Origin: Betaproteobacteria bacterium RIFCSPLOWO2_12_FULL_68_19
GTDB taxonomy: Bacteria > Pseudomonadota > Gammaproteobacteria > Burkholderiales > SG8-39
Reading direction: 5' to 3'
NCBI GenBank assembly: GCA_001772055.1
Contig: MERP01000102.1
Location: 1-55,874 of the forward strand
Length of the DNA stretch: 55,874 bases
The notes beneath the pieces were generated by a model. The model was given only the letters and a program-made list of their open reading frames with translations, did no database searches and was not told the origin of the DNA. Numbering within the stretch: the stretch's first letter is position 1; each line of letters opens with the position of its first letter. Positions 40,038 through 49,079 of this stretch are shown piece after piece. The position numbers and the translations under genes were made by a program.

Positions 40038-41003
40038 ATGCTGGTCAACTGCGTCGCGTACCAGGAGGGCCGCAAGCTCGCCGACATCGACCGGCACGAG
40101 ATCAGCGCGTACCTCGCGCGCCCGGACTGCTTCGTCTGGGTGGCGTTGCGCGACGCCTCCGACGCCGAGCTCGAGGAGATGCGCGAGGAGTTCGGCCTGC
40201 ACGCGCTCGCGGTGGAGGACGCGCGCCACGGCCACCAGCGGCCCAAGATCGAGGAGTACGGGGACTCGCTGTTCGTCGTGCTCAAGACCATCGAGGTCGC
40301 GGGCGAGGAGCTTAAGGTGGGCGAGATGGACGTCTTCGCCGGCCGCAACTACGTGCTCTCGGTGCGCCAGGGTTCCGAGCGCGGCTTCACCGACGTGCGC
40401 GCGCGCGCCGAGCGCGAGCCCGAGCTGCTCAAGCACGGCTCGGGCTACGTCCTGTACGCGCTGATGGACGCGGTGGTCGACCGCTACGCGCCGGTGCTCG
40501 ACGCGGTCGAGAGCAAGCTCGAGTCGCTCGAGGAGCAGCTCTTCTCCGGCGGCTCGCCGCGCGCGAGCATCGAGTCGCTCTATTACGTGAAGCAGCAGCT
40601 CACGGCGCTCAAGCACGTCACCGGCCCGCTGCTCGAATCGACCGGGCGGCTGTTCGGCGGGCGCGTGCCGGGCGTGTGCGCGGGCCTGGGCGAGTACTTC
40701 CGCGACGTCTACGACCACCTGGTGCGCCTCAACCAGTCGATCGACTCGGCGCGCGACACCGTCACGACCGCCATCCAGGTGAACCTCGCCATGATCACCA
40801 TCGGCGAGAGCGAGGTCACCAAGCGCCTCGCCGCCTACGCCGCACTGGTGGCGGTCCCGACCATGATCGCCGGAGTCTACGGCATGAACTTCGAGCACAT
40901 GCCCGAGCTCGAGTGGTCCTTCGGCTACCCCGGCGTGGTGGGCGTCATGGTCGCGATCGACGCCTACCTCTTCTGGCGCTTCAGAAAAGCGGGCTGGCTC
41001 TAG
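40038..41003 (+). CDS. corA: magnesium/cobalt transporter CorA
   Basis: It has the YGMNF signature before two C-terminal TM helices. The start is the internal ATG 40038. Confidence 0.9.
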   Translation: MLVNCVAYQEGRKLADIDRHEISAYLARPDCFVWVALRDASDAELEEMREEFGLHALAVEDARHGHQRPKIEEYGDSLFVVLKTIEVAGEELKVGEMDVFAGRNYVLSVRQGSERGFTDVRARAEREPELLKHGSGYVLYALMDAVVDRYAPVLDAVESKLESLEEQLFSGGSPRASIESLYYVKQQLTALKHVTGPLLESTGRLFGGRVPGVCAGLGEYFRDVYDHLVRLNQSIDSARDTVTTAIQVNLAMITIGESEVTKRLAAYAALVAVPTMIAGVYGMNFEHMPELEWSFGYPGVVGVMVAIDAYLFWRFRKAGWL

Positions 41004-41010
41004 CCACCCA

Positions 41011-41069
41011 AAATCAGGGACAGACCACGTTTTTCCGATATGTTGAAAAACGTGGTCTGTCCCTGATTT
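41011..41069. terminator. 25-bp perfect hairpin between convergent corA and the aminotransferase gene (bidirectional terminator or REP-like element)
   Basis: AAATCAGGGACAGACCACGTTTTTC (41011-41035) is complementary to GAAAAACGTGGTCTGTCCCTGATTT (41045-41069), with a 9-nt loop. Confidence 0.7.
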
Positions 41070-42372
41070 AGGTGAGGGTTCGTAGGACGTCCGCAACCGT
41101 TCCGAACAGCTGGTCGAGGTGCTTCTTCTCGGCGATGAGGGGCGGGCAGAAGGCGAGCGCGTCGCCCACCGGGCGCGCGTAGACGCCCTTGTCCCAGCAT
41201 TTCTCGAACGCCTCGTAGCCGCGCTCGCCCGGGCTGCCGCGGCGCGGCGCGAGCTCGACCGCGCCGATCAGGCCCAGGTTCCTGCAGTCGATCACGTTGG
41301 GCAGACCCTTGAGGGAGTGCACGCCCTGCTCGAAATACCCCGCCAGGTTCCTGGAGTTTTCAAACAGCTTCTCCTCCTCGTAGACATCAAGGGTCGCGAT
41401 CCCGGCCGCGCAGGCGAGCGGATGCCCCGAGTACGTATAGCCGTGGAAGAACTCGATGCCCCCGCCCTGCGCGGCCATGAAAGGCTCGTAGACCGCGTCG
41501 CTCACGATCACGCCTCCCAGGGGCACCGCGCCCGAGGTGATGCCCTTGGCGAAGGTGATCAGGTCGGGCGCGATGCCGAAGCGCTGCGCCGCGAAGGGCG
41601 CGCCCAGGCGCCCCCAGCCGGTGATCACCTCGTCGAAGATGAGCAGGATGCCGTGCCGGGTGCAGATCTCGCGCAGCCGCTCGAGGTAGCCGCGCGGCGG
41701 CACGAGCACGCCGCCCGAGGCGGCCACCGGGTCGACGATCACCGCGGCGATGTTCGAGGCGTCGTGCAGCGGCACGATGCGGCTCTCGAGCTCCTCGGCG
41801 AGATCCGCGCCTTGCGCAGGCTGTCCTTTCGAGAAGGCATTCCCTTCAGAATGCGTGTGGCGCATGTGGTCCACGTTGGTCAGCAGCGTGCCGGCGTACG
41901 CCTTGCGGTTGCTCGACACGCCGCCCACCGACATGCCGCCGATGTTGACGCCGTGATAGGAGCGCTCGCGCCCGATGAAGCGCGTGCGCGTGCCCTCGCC
42001 GCGCAGGCGGTGGTGCGCGACCGCGATCTTGAGCGCGGTGTCCACCGCCTCCGAGCCCGAGGTGGTGAAGAAAACGCGCCCCATCCCCCTGGGCGCAAGC
42101 GCGGCGATGCGCTCGGCGAGCCGGAACGGCAGCGGATGGCCGAGCGAGAACGAGGAGGCGAAGTCGAGGCTGCCCGCCTGGGCGCGGATCGCTTCCACGA
42201 TGCGCGGCCGGCAGTGGCCGGCGTTGACGCACCACAGCGTCGCCAGCCCGTCGAGCACCTGCTTTCCCTCGGGCGTGACGTAGTACATGTCCTTCGCCGA
42301 GGCCACGAGGCGCGGCCTGGCCTTGAAGCGCCGGTTGTCGGTGAAGGGCATCCAGTAGTTATCGAGTTTCAT
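41068..42372 (-). CDS. class III aminotransferase (omega-amino acid / beta-alanine--pyruvate transaminase type)
   Basis: It starts MKLDNYWMPFT and carries SGSEAVDTALK, FDEVITGWGRLG and TFAKGITSG, the PLP lysine. Confidence 0.85.
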   Translation of the reverse strand: MKLDNYWMPFTDNRRFKARPRLVASAKDMYYVTPEGKQVLDGLATLWCVNAGHCRPRIVEAIRAQAGSLDFASSFSLGHPLPFRLAERIAALAPRGMGRVFFTTSGSEAVDTALKIAVAHHRLRGEGTRTRFIGRERSYHGVNIGGMSVGGVSSNRKAYAGTLLTNVDHMRHTHSEGNAFSKGQPAQGADLAEELESRIVPLHDASNIAAVIVDPVAASGGVLVPPRGYLERLREICTRHGILLIFDEVITGWGRLGAPFAAQRFGIAPDLITFAKGITSGAVPLGGVIVSDAVYEPFMAAQGGGIEFFHGYTYSGHPLACAAGIATLDVYEEEKLFENSRNLAGYFEQGVHSLKGLPNVIDCRNLGLIGAVELAPRRGSPGERGYEAFEKCWDKGVYARPVGDALAFCPPLIAEKKHLDQLFGTVADVLRTLT

Positions 42373-42743
42373 AGCTGTAGCTCCGCTCTCACGACCTCCC
42401 AGGGTACCGCGACCGCGCCGTCGCTGCGCCGCTCGATGAGGCCGAGCTCGGCGAGCCGCGCCACGTCGGTGTGCACGTTCTTGTAGTCGCGCTCGAGGCG
42501 CCTGGCGAGCTCGTAGATCGACATCGGCCCCTGCGCCTTGAGCCTCTCCAGGAGAGACCAGCGGGCGGGCGACAAGGTTCGCAGCAGCAGCGGCAGGTCG
42601 CTCACGCTGAGCACGCTCAGTGGCGTGCTCCTGCGTCCCTCGGCGGCGCGGTTCCACGCCGCCTCGAAGCGGTCGAGCGCGTCGCCGGCGCCGCCGACGC
42701 GCAGCTCAAGCAGCCTGGGCCGCGACGTCCTGCTCGAAGTCAT
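42369..42743 (-). CDS. winged-HTH DNA-binding protein (HVO_A0114-like), putative antitoxin/regulator
   Basis: It contains MSIYELARRLERDYKNVHTDVARLAELGLIER. ATG 42743 overlaps the upstream small ORF by 38 nt, and its 3' end overlaps the aminotransferase start by 4 nt. Confidence 0.65.
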   Translation of the reverse strand: MTSSRTSRPRLLELRVGGAGDALDRFEAAWNRAAEGRRSTPLSVLSVSDLPLLLRTLSPARWSLLERLKAQGPMSIYELARRLERDYKNVHTDVARLAELGLIERRSDGAVAVPWEVVRAELQL

Positions 42744-42918
42744 AGCGCAGCTGCTCGACCGAGCGGAACTCGTAGGGACGGACGCGGCCGCGGATCCTGC
42801 GCCGGCCGTTCTCGTACTCGACGAGATCGCCGTAGCGCAGCCGGTAGCGCAGGTCGTCGTGCAGCTCGATCTCCAGCAGCACCGCGCCGGCGAGCACCTT
42901 CTCCTGGAAGAGCAGCAT
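42706..42918 (-). CDS. 70-aa DUF6516/TumE-like small protein (compressed, His-less variant)
   Basis: The C-terminal RPYEFRSVEQLRYDFEQDV matches the PYEF.S...L..DF..DV ending I remember for TumE-family proteins. It is paired with the HTH gene above. Confidence 0.45.
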   Translation of the reverse strand: MLLFQEKVLAGAVLLEIELHDDLRYRLRYGDLVEYENGRRRIRGRVRPYEFRSVEQLRYDFEQDVAAQAA

Positions 42919-42963
42919 ATGGCATAGGATACCATAGCCCGGTTGCGCTAGAATGACGCAGCC

Positions 42964-44955
42964 ATGGCCCGAAACGACTTCTTCAACCCCTACCGCCACG
43001 GCTTCGCGCGCATGGCGGTGGCGACGCCGCGCGTGCGCGTGGCCGATCCGGACTACAACGGCGCGGCGACCCTGGAGCTGATGCAGCGCGCCGCGCGCGA
43101 GAAGGTGGCGCTGGCGGTGTTCCCCGAGCTGGGCCTCTCGGCCTACAGCTGCGAGGACCTGTTCCACCAGCAGGCGCTGATCGACGCCTGCGAGGCGGCG
43201 CTTGCCGCCCTGATGCGCGATTCAAGGCATCTTCGGCTCGCCGCGCTGATCGGCCTGCCGGTGGCGCTCGGCGGGCTGCTCTACAACTGCGCCGCGCTGA
43301 TCGCGCGCGGCCAGCTCGTCGGCGTGGTGCCCAAGACCTACCTGCCCAACTACCGGGAGTTCTACGAGGCGCGCCAGTTCACCCCGGGCGACGCCGCGCG
43401 CGCGAGCGAGATCGCGCTCGCCGGGCAGCGCGCCCCTTTCGGCACCGACCTGCTGTTCCGCTTTTCCGCGCTCAGGAACCTGGTGCTGCACGTGGAGATC
43501 TGCGAGGACCTGTGGGTGCCCGCGCCGCCCTCGTCCTTCGCCGCGCTCGCCGGCGCCACCGTGATCGCCAACCTCTCGGCCTCGAACATCGTGATCGGCA
43601 AGGAAGGCTACCGGCGCCAGCTTGCCGGCAACCAGTCGGCGCGCTGCCTCGCCGCCTACCTCTACAGCGCCGCCGGCCCCGGCGAGTCGACCACCGACCT
43701 CGCCTGGGACGGGCACGCCATGATCTACGAGAACGGCACCCTGGTCGCCGAGTCGCAGCGCTTCTCGAGCGCGCCGCAGCTCGCGGCTGCCGACGTCGAC
43801 CTCGAGCGTCTCGCCGCCGACCGCATGCGCCAGAACACCTTCGGCGACGCGGCGCAGCGCCACGCCGCCGAGGTTGCGCGCTTTCGCAACATCGATGTTC
43901 AAACGGAAATTCCCAGGGGAAGAATCCGTCTCGAGCGCAAGATCGAGCGACTGCCCTACGTGCCGGGCGACCCGGCGACGCGCGACACGCGCTGCGAGGA
44001 GGTGTACCGCATCCAGGTGCAGGGCCTCGCCACCCGCATGCGCGCCACCGGCACGAAGAAGCTGGTGATCGGCGTCTCGGGCGGCCTCGACTCCACCCAG
44101 GCGCTGATCGTCTGCGCGCGCGCCATGGACGAGCTCGGGCTGCCCCGGCGCAACATCCTCGCCTACACCATGCCGGGCTTCGCCACCAGCACCCGCACGC
44201 GCAACCAGGCCTGGCAGCTGATGCGCGCGGTCGGCGCCACGGCCGAGGAGATCGACATCCGTCCTTCCTGCATGCAGATGCTGAAGGACCTGCGCCACCC
44301 CTTCGCCAAGGGCCGCAAGCTCTACGACCTCACCTTCGAGAACGTGCAGGCGGGCGAACGCACCAGCCACCTCTTCCGCCTCGCCAACCAGCACCAGGGC
44401 ATCGTGGTCGGCACCGGCGACCTCTCCGAGCTGGCGCTCGGCTGGTGCACCTACGGCGTGGGCGACCAGATGTCGCACTACAACGTGAACGCCAGCGTGC
44501 CGAAGACGCTGATCCAGTACCTGATCGGCTGGATCGCCGCATCCGGCGAGTTCAGCGCCGACGTGAAGCGCGCGCTGCGCCGCGTGCTCGACACCGACAT
44601 CAGCCCCGAGCTCGTCCCGGGCAGGCAGCGCACCGAGGACGTCATCGGCCCCTACGAGCTGCAGGACTTCAACCTGTACTACACGCTGCGCTTCGGCTAC
44701 TCGCCCGCCAAGGTCGCTTTCCTCGCCTGGAGCGCCTGGCACGACAAGTACCGCCTCGCCGTGATCCGCAAGTGGCTCGGCGTGTTCCTCAAGCGCTTCT
44801 TCGAGACCAGCCAGTTCAAGCGCAGCGCCATGCCCAACGGCCCGAAGGTCGGCTCGGGCGGCTCGCTCTCGCCGCGCGGGGACTGGCGCGCGCCCTCGGA
44901 CAGCTCCGCCGCGGCCTGGCTCGCCGCCCTGGACAGCGTCCCGGCCCGCGAATGA
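42964..44955 (+). CDS. nadE: glutamine-dependent NAD+ synthetase (long form, nitrilase-like plus synthetase domains)
   Basis: 663 aa. The N-terminal CN-hydrolase part has FPELGLSAY and EICEDLW. The synthetase PP-loop reads GVSGGLDST. Confidence 0.9.
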   Translation: MARNDFFNPYRHGFARMAVATPRVRVADPDYNGAATLELMQRAAREKVALAVFPELGLSAYSCEDLFHQQALIDACEAALAALMRDSRHLRLAALIGLPVALGGLLYNCAALIARGQLVGVVPKTYLPNYREFYEARQFTPGDAARASEIALAGQRAPFGTDLLFRFSALRNLVLHVEICEDLWVPAPPSSFAALAGATVIANLSASNIVIGKEGYRRQLAGNQSARCLAAYLYSAAGPGESTTDLAWDGHAMIYENGTLVAESQRFSSAPQLAAADVDLERLAADRMRQNTFGDAAQRHAAEVARFRNIDVQTEIPRGRIRLERKIERLPYVPGDPATRDTRCEEVYRIQVQGLATRMRATGTKKLVIGVSGGLDSTQALIVCARAMDELGLPRRNILAYTMPGFATSTRTRNQAWQLMRAVGATAEEIDIRPSCMQMLKDLRHPFAKGRKLYDLTFENVQAGERTSHLFRLANQHQGIVVGTGDLSELALGWCTYGVGDQMSHYNVNASVPKTLIQYLIGWIAASGEFSADVKRALRRVLDTDISPELVPGRQRTEDVIGPYELQDFNLYYTLRFGYSPAKVAFLAWSAWHDKYRLAVIRKWLGVFLKRFFETSQFKRSAMPNGPKVGSGGSLSPRGDWRAPSDSSAAAWLAALDSVPARE

Positions 44956-45344
44956 CCCGCGCCCTGCTGTTTCTCGCCTGCCTGTTCCTCGCGCCATCGC
45001 TTCTGGCCCGGGACTGGGAAGACGAATGCCAGGGCGAAAAAGAGGCGCGCCAGCGGGCCGAGCTCGCCTATCGAAGCCGCATGACCCCTGGCCGCGCGGA
45101 AGCCTCCTGCTATCACGAGAAGCGCGGCCTCGAGCGCGAGGCAGGCTGGGAGCGCTCCTGCCTCGAGAACGCCCGCAGGCGGGACGTGCCGCAGGAGGTT
45201 ATCGACGACGGCCCGCCGGACCCGCGCAACCGCCGCGAGGCCATCGAGCGGCGGCGCATGCGCCAGCTCGAGGAGCGCCTCAGGCGCCAGGAACGGATCG
45301 AGGCCCAGCGCGAGCGCCAATCGCGGCAGAAAAAGAGCTTCTAA
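44952..45344 (+). CDS. secreted Cys-containing protein with an Arg/Glu-rich C-terminal helix, unknown function
   Basis: The ATG overlaps the nadE stop in an ATGA. The signal peptide is [19 protein letters not shown]. The tail reads [29 protein letters not shown]. Confidence 0.55.
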   Translation: MTRALLFLACLFLAPSLLARDWEDECQGEKEARQRAELAYRSRMTPGRAEASCYHEKRGLEREAGWERSCLENARRRDVPQEVIDDGPPDPRNRREAIERRRMRQLEERLRRQERIEAQRERQSRQKKSF

Positions 45345-45356
45345 TCCTACAAGCCG

Positions 45357-46268
45357 CTACGAGACCGAGGCGATCGTCTGCAAGAGCGCTTCCTTTTGCG
45401 GCGCCGCGCCCTCCTCGAGCACGCGCCCCGTGACCTCGCCGAGCAGCGAGGTGCGCGTCATGTGCCTGGTCTTGGTCTGGTCGAAGTCGGGCAGCGCTAC
45501 GTGCAGCGTGCAACGGTTGTCCCACATCACCAGGTCCTTCACGCTCCAGCGGTGGCGATAGACGAATTCCGGCGAGGTGGCGTGCTGGTTGAGGAAGGCG
45601 AGGATCGGCGCGCTCTCCTCCTCGGTCATGCCGACGAAGCCGCGGATGCGCTGGCCGAGGAACAGCGACTTTCGCCCCGTCTCGGGATGCGCCTTGACCA
45701 CCGCGTGCGCCACCGGCGGGTTGCGCCGCTTGAGCTCGGCGACCTTCTCCGGGTCGCGCTGCTCGACGCCCTTGACGAGCGAGAAGTCGTGGATCGCCTC
45801 GAGCCGGTCGAGAAAATCGCGCAGCGGCGCGCTCAGCGTCTCGTAGGCGAGGTAGAGGTTGGCCCACATCGTGTCCCCGCCCACCGCCGGCTTCTCCTTG
45901 CACAGCAGCAGCGATCCCTTGGCCGGGCGCGTGGTGTAGGTGAGGTCCGCGTGCCAGTTGCGCCCGGTGTTGCGCGTCTCCGAGGGCTTGCCGCCGATCT
46001 GCTTGTTGGTGACGAGCAGGATCTCCTTGTGCGCCGGGTCGCGGTAATAGGGCAGCGACTCGTTGTCCTCGAGCGCGCCGAAGTTGCGGCTGAAGGCGAT
46101 CTGCTCCTCGGCCGAGAGGTCCTGGCCGGGGAACACCAGCACGAGATGCTTGTGCCATGCGTCCAGGATCTCCCTGCGCTTGAGATCGTTGAGCGGCTTG
46201 CTCAGGTCGATCCCCGTCACCTCCGCGCCAAGCGCGAAGCCCAACTGCCGTGCCGTTAGCTGGCTCAT
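45357..46268 (-). CDS. TauD/TfdA-family Fe(II)/2-oxoglutarate dioxygenase
   Basis: 303 aa with GAEVTGIDL, WHADLTY and a DNRCTLH-type C-terminal motif. Confidence 0.85.
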   Translation of the reverse strand: MSQLTARQLGFALGAEVTGIDLSKPLNDLKRREILDAWHKHLVLVFPGQDLSAEEQIAFSRNFGALEDNESLPYYRDPAHKEILLVTNKQIGGKPSETRNTGRNWHADLTYTTRPAKGSLLLCKEKPAVGGDTMWANLYLAYETLSAPLRDFLDRLEAIHDFSLVKGVEQRDPEKVAELKRRNPPVAHAVVKAHPETGRKSLFLGQRIRGFVGMTEEESAPILAFLNQHATSPEFVYRHRWSVKDLVMWDNRCTLHVALPDFDQTKTRHMTRTSLLGEVTGRVLEEGAAPQKEALLQTIASVS

Positions 46269-46348
46269 GCCGCCTGTTTAGCGCGTCTTCGCCCCTCCTT
46301 GCAAGGGCCCTGGTGGTATGCACAATGTCCTCCAGATCAGGAGGATCG

Positions 46349-46729
46349 ATGAACCGCTTTGTTTACGCTGCTTGTCTATCCCTTGCCACGGCAACAGCCG
46401 CTTTCGCGCAGGCGCCTGGTTTGAGCGGAAGCTGGGAAGGCGAGGTGACGCAGATAGGCCCCGGGACTTACCGGGGCGGGTACGCGGCGAAGATGACGCT
46501 CAACGGGGCGACCGGCAACATCGACTATCCCGGCCTCTCCTGCGGCGGTGAGCTGCGCTTCTACGAGCGCCGCGGCCAGGCGTTCGCGTACCGGGAGCGC
46601 CTGACCTACGGCGTCGAGCGCTGCATCAACGCGGGACTGGTCAGCGTGACGCCGCTCGACGGCGGTGCGGTCCGCTGGGAATGGTCCATGGATTCGTCCG
46701 CAAGCGGCACGCTGCAGCGCTCGAAGTAG
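46349..46729 (+). CDS. small secreted protein, unknown function
   Basis: ATG 46349 follows CAGGAGGA. The signal peptide is MNRFVYAACLSLATATAAFAQA. Confidence 0.55.
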   Translation: MNRFVYAACLSLATATAAFAQAPGLSGSWEGEVTQIGPGTYRGGYAAKMTLNGATGNIDYPGLSCGGELRFYERRGQAFAYRERLTYGVERCINAGLVSVTPLDGGAVRWEWSMDSSASGTLQRSK

Positions 46730-46742
46730 CCGGCCAGGGGAC

Positions 46743-47918
46743 TCAAGCCGCCAGCAGGTTCTTCCGTGCGCTCCAGTCGCGCACCGTGCTCACGCATTGC
46801 GCGAGCTTTTCCGGCTGCCCGACGTAGTAGTGCGTAGCCCCCGCGATCAGGACGTATTCCTTATCCGGAGTGGCCAACGCGACGCGGATGACGGCGTTGT
46901 GCGATGCCGGCACGGCGTCGTCTGCGCCGTTCTCGATCTGCAGGACCGGCGTGCCGTGGATGCGCGCGGCGTTCGCCGAGCCCTTGGCGTTCGATCTGTC
47001 GTAAGACCATTGCGAGAGCCAGGAGCGCAGCGAGCTGTAGCGCGCGAGGCCGGCAGGCGCCACGTTGGCGACTCTCGGATCGCCGAGGTAGCACCATCCG
47101 GGGCGCCGGCCGTTGGGCTCGATCGAGGGATCGACCCAGCGTACGTCGCACATCGTGCGATGCACGACGAAGCTGCGCTCCGTTTCGCCGTCGTCCTTGC
47201 GCTTGAGCACGTCGAGCATGTTCAGCGCCCAATCAGTGATGCGCCGGTTGCGCGCCACCTGCGCCTGGCGGAATTTCTCGATGAACGGATAGGAGAACGG
47301 AGGCTTGTGCGGGCAGCTCGCGCTATAGATGTCGAGCGCGGGATCGCGCTCGTCGGGAGCCGCTTCATCGCGCACCGACGGGTCGAGCCACTGCGTCAGC
47401 GTTTCGGCGCGGCTGAGATGCGCCGCGATGAAGATGACGCCGTCGGCCTTTTGCAGCCCCGCCCGCGTGAGATCGTAAGGATCGCCCGCGGGCGTGTGCG
47501 TGATGGACGGGCGCTCGGCCTGCGCCTGGTAGAAGAGCGAGAGCGAGCCGCCGCCCGACCAGCCGACCAGCACCACCTTGCGGTAGCTGAGCGCCTCGCG
47601 CGCGTGGCGGGTCCACACGCCCAGGTCATAAACCACCTTCTCCATGATCAGCGCGCTGTCGTTCTTCGGATACCGGCTCGCCGCGCAAAGGACATGCAGC
47701 CCGGCGTCGGCGAGCGCAATCGGCATCGGCAGCAGCTGAAGCGTGGAGGACGGATGCATGAAGATGAACACGGTATCGGAGGGCTCGCGCGGAACGAAGC
47801 GCTGGCCCTCGAGGTACACATCGCCCCGCGACCCGGCAAAACCGTAGGTTTCGACCATGCGGGTCTGCTCCGGAAAGCGAAGGACGACCGGGACGCGGTC
47901 CCAGTCCCCTTCAGCCAT
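46743..47918 (-). CDS. alpha/beta hydrolase fold protein
   Basis: 391 aa with the nucleophile elbow VLVGWSGGGS. Confidence 0.75.
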   Translation of the reverse strand: MAEGDWDRVPVVLRFPEQTRMVETYGFAGSRGDVYLEGQRFVPREPSDTVFIFMHPSSTLQLLPMPIALADAGLHVLCAASRYPKNDSALIMEKVVYDLGVWTRHAREALSYRKVVLVGWSGGGSLSLFYQAQAERPSITHTPAGDPYDLTRAGLQKADGVIFIAAHLSRAETLTQWLDPSVRDEAAPDERDPALDIYSASCPHKPPFSYPFIEKFRQAQVARNRRITDWALNMLDVLKRKDDGETERSFVVHRTMCDVRWVDPSIEPNGRRPGWCYLGDPRVANVAPAGLARYSSLRSWLSQWSYDRSNAKGSANAARIHGTPVLQIENGADDAVPASHNAVIRVALATPDKEYVLIAGATHYYVGQPEKLAQCVSTVRDWSARKNLLAA

Positions 47919-48444
47919 GCGCGCCTCTTGCCGGCCCCCGGAAATCCCGCCAATCGCGCGTCTCGGGAAGGACCGCGCCTGCCCGCTCGCAAAGCGTCCG
48001 CACCAGCCGCTTAAGGGCCACCCGCTCCGCGGCGCTCAATCCCTTCAGGAGCTCAGCCTCGATGCCGATCGCCACGGGGATGACCTCGCGGTAGGCCGCA
48101 AGCCCTTTTTCGCTCAAGCGCAGGATCACGCGGCGCCGGTCTTTCCGGTCGACCGTACGGCGCACCATCCGCAGCCTGACGAGCGCGCTGACGGCGCGCG
48201 TGATGCTGACCTGGTTCATGGCGGTGCGCTCGGCGAGCTCCTTCGCGGAGAGCGGCTGGAAGTTGGCGAGCACGCCGACGATGCGCCAGCCGGTAACCGA
48301 GAGGCGGAAGCGCTCGGTGTAGGCCTTGGCGAGCATGGCGCTCACGCGATTGGAGATGACGGAGAACTCGTAGGGCAGCCAGTCCTCCAGCCGGAAGAGG
48401 GCCCCTGCGAGCGCGGCCGCTGGCTCGGCGAGGACGGGCTTCAG
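47911..48444 (-). CDS. MarR-family transcriptional regulator (start codon unresolved)
   Basis: The wHTH reads LSVTGWRIVGVLANFQPLSAKELAERTAMNQVSITRAVSALVRLRMVRR..DRKDRRR. The conserved N-terminal helix (LPYEFSVISNRVSAML) lies upstream of the first canonical starts, GTG 48345 and ATG 48336. Confidence 0.75.
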   Translation of the reverse strand: MKPVLAEPAAALAGALFRLEDWLPYEFSVISNRVSAMLAKAYTERFRLSVTGWRIVGVLANFQPLSAKELAERTAMNQVSITRAVSALVRLRMVRRTVDRKDRRRVILRLSEKGLAAYREVIPVAIGIEAELLKGLSAAERVALKRLVRTLCERAGAVLPETRDWRDFRGPARGAHG

Positions 48445-49031
48445 GCGTGCTGCTCCTTGCGGATGAACTCGATCAGCGCGCCTCGCACGTCCTTTCCTTC
48501 GCGCTTTGCCTGCTCCTTCACGCCGAGCCACTTCTCGAGGTCTCGATAGGCCTTGTCGGTGTGCCGGTTCCAGTCCTTGTCGAGCGGCGTGGTGAGCTCG
48601 AGGCGATAGCCGTTGTTGTCGCGGAAGTAGATGCTCAGGACCAGGCCTTCGTGGTCGATAGGTCCGATCACGTCGACGCCACTGCGGACGAGCCACTCGC
48701 GCCAGCGCTCGAGCTCCTGCACCGAGTCCACCTGGAAGGCGATGTGGTTGAAGATGTCGTAGGCGGGATGCGTCGATTTTGCCGCCTGCGGCAGGCCGGG
48801 CGACTCGAAGAACGCCATGGTCGAGCCGTCGCCCATGCGAAAGAACAGGTGGAAGTAGGGGAAGGCATCGCCGGTGGACGGGATGTGGTCGCCGATGATG
48901 GTGCTGGCGAGCTCCATGCCCATGATCTTGGTGTAGAACTTCACGGTCCCCGCGGCGTCGTGGGTGACGTAGGCCGCGTGATTCAGCATCGTCGGCATTA
49001 GACCGAGTTCGTTAACAGAAGTCGCCGCCAT
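48441..49031 (-). CDS. VOC-family protein (glyoxalase / extradiol dioxygenase fold)
   Basis: 196 aa with LNHAAYVTHDAAGTVKFY...HIAFQV...YFRDNNGYRLEL, paired beta-alpha-beta-beta-beta modules with metal-type His/Glu. Confidence 0.8.
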   Translation of the reverse strand: MAATSVNELGLMPTMLNHAAYVTHDAAGTVKFYTKIMGMELASTIIGDHIPSTGDAFPYFHLFFRMGDGSTMAFFESPGLPQAAKSTHPAYDIFNHIAFQVDSVQELERWREWLVRSGVDVIGPIDHEGLVLSIYFRDNNGYRLELTTPLDKDWNRHTDKAYRDLEKWLGVKEQAKREGKDVRGALIEFIRKEQHA

Positions 49032-49058
49032 GGAAGGCTCCTCTCCGGGCAGGCAAAT

Positions 49059-49079
49059 TTAGTTTCAGGATGAAACTAA
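49059..49079. promoter_or_regulatory. perfect 9-3-9 palindrome (TTAGTTTCA gga TGAAACTAA) in the divergent VOC/amidohydrolase control region; candidate MarR operator
   Basis: Read directly. It lies 28 nt upstream of the VOC-marR operon start and spans ATG 49070 of the opposite operon. A weaker copy, TTTCAC g GTGAAA, is at 49106-49118. Confidence 0.5.

Noticed and set aside
42918-42963. A TAGAAT -10-like hexamer only about 9 nt before the nadE ATG (suggesting a leaderless nadE), and a short TATGG/CCATA inverted repeat in the same spacer.
   Set aside because: There is no convincing -35 element. The inverted repeat has only 5-bp arms. This is too weak to call without transcription start data.
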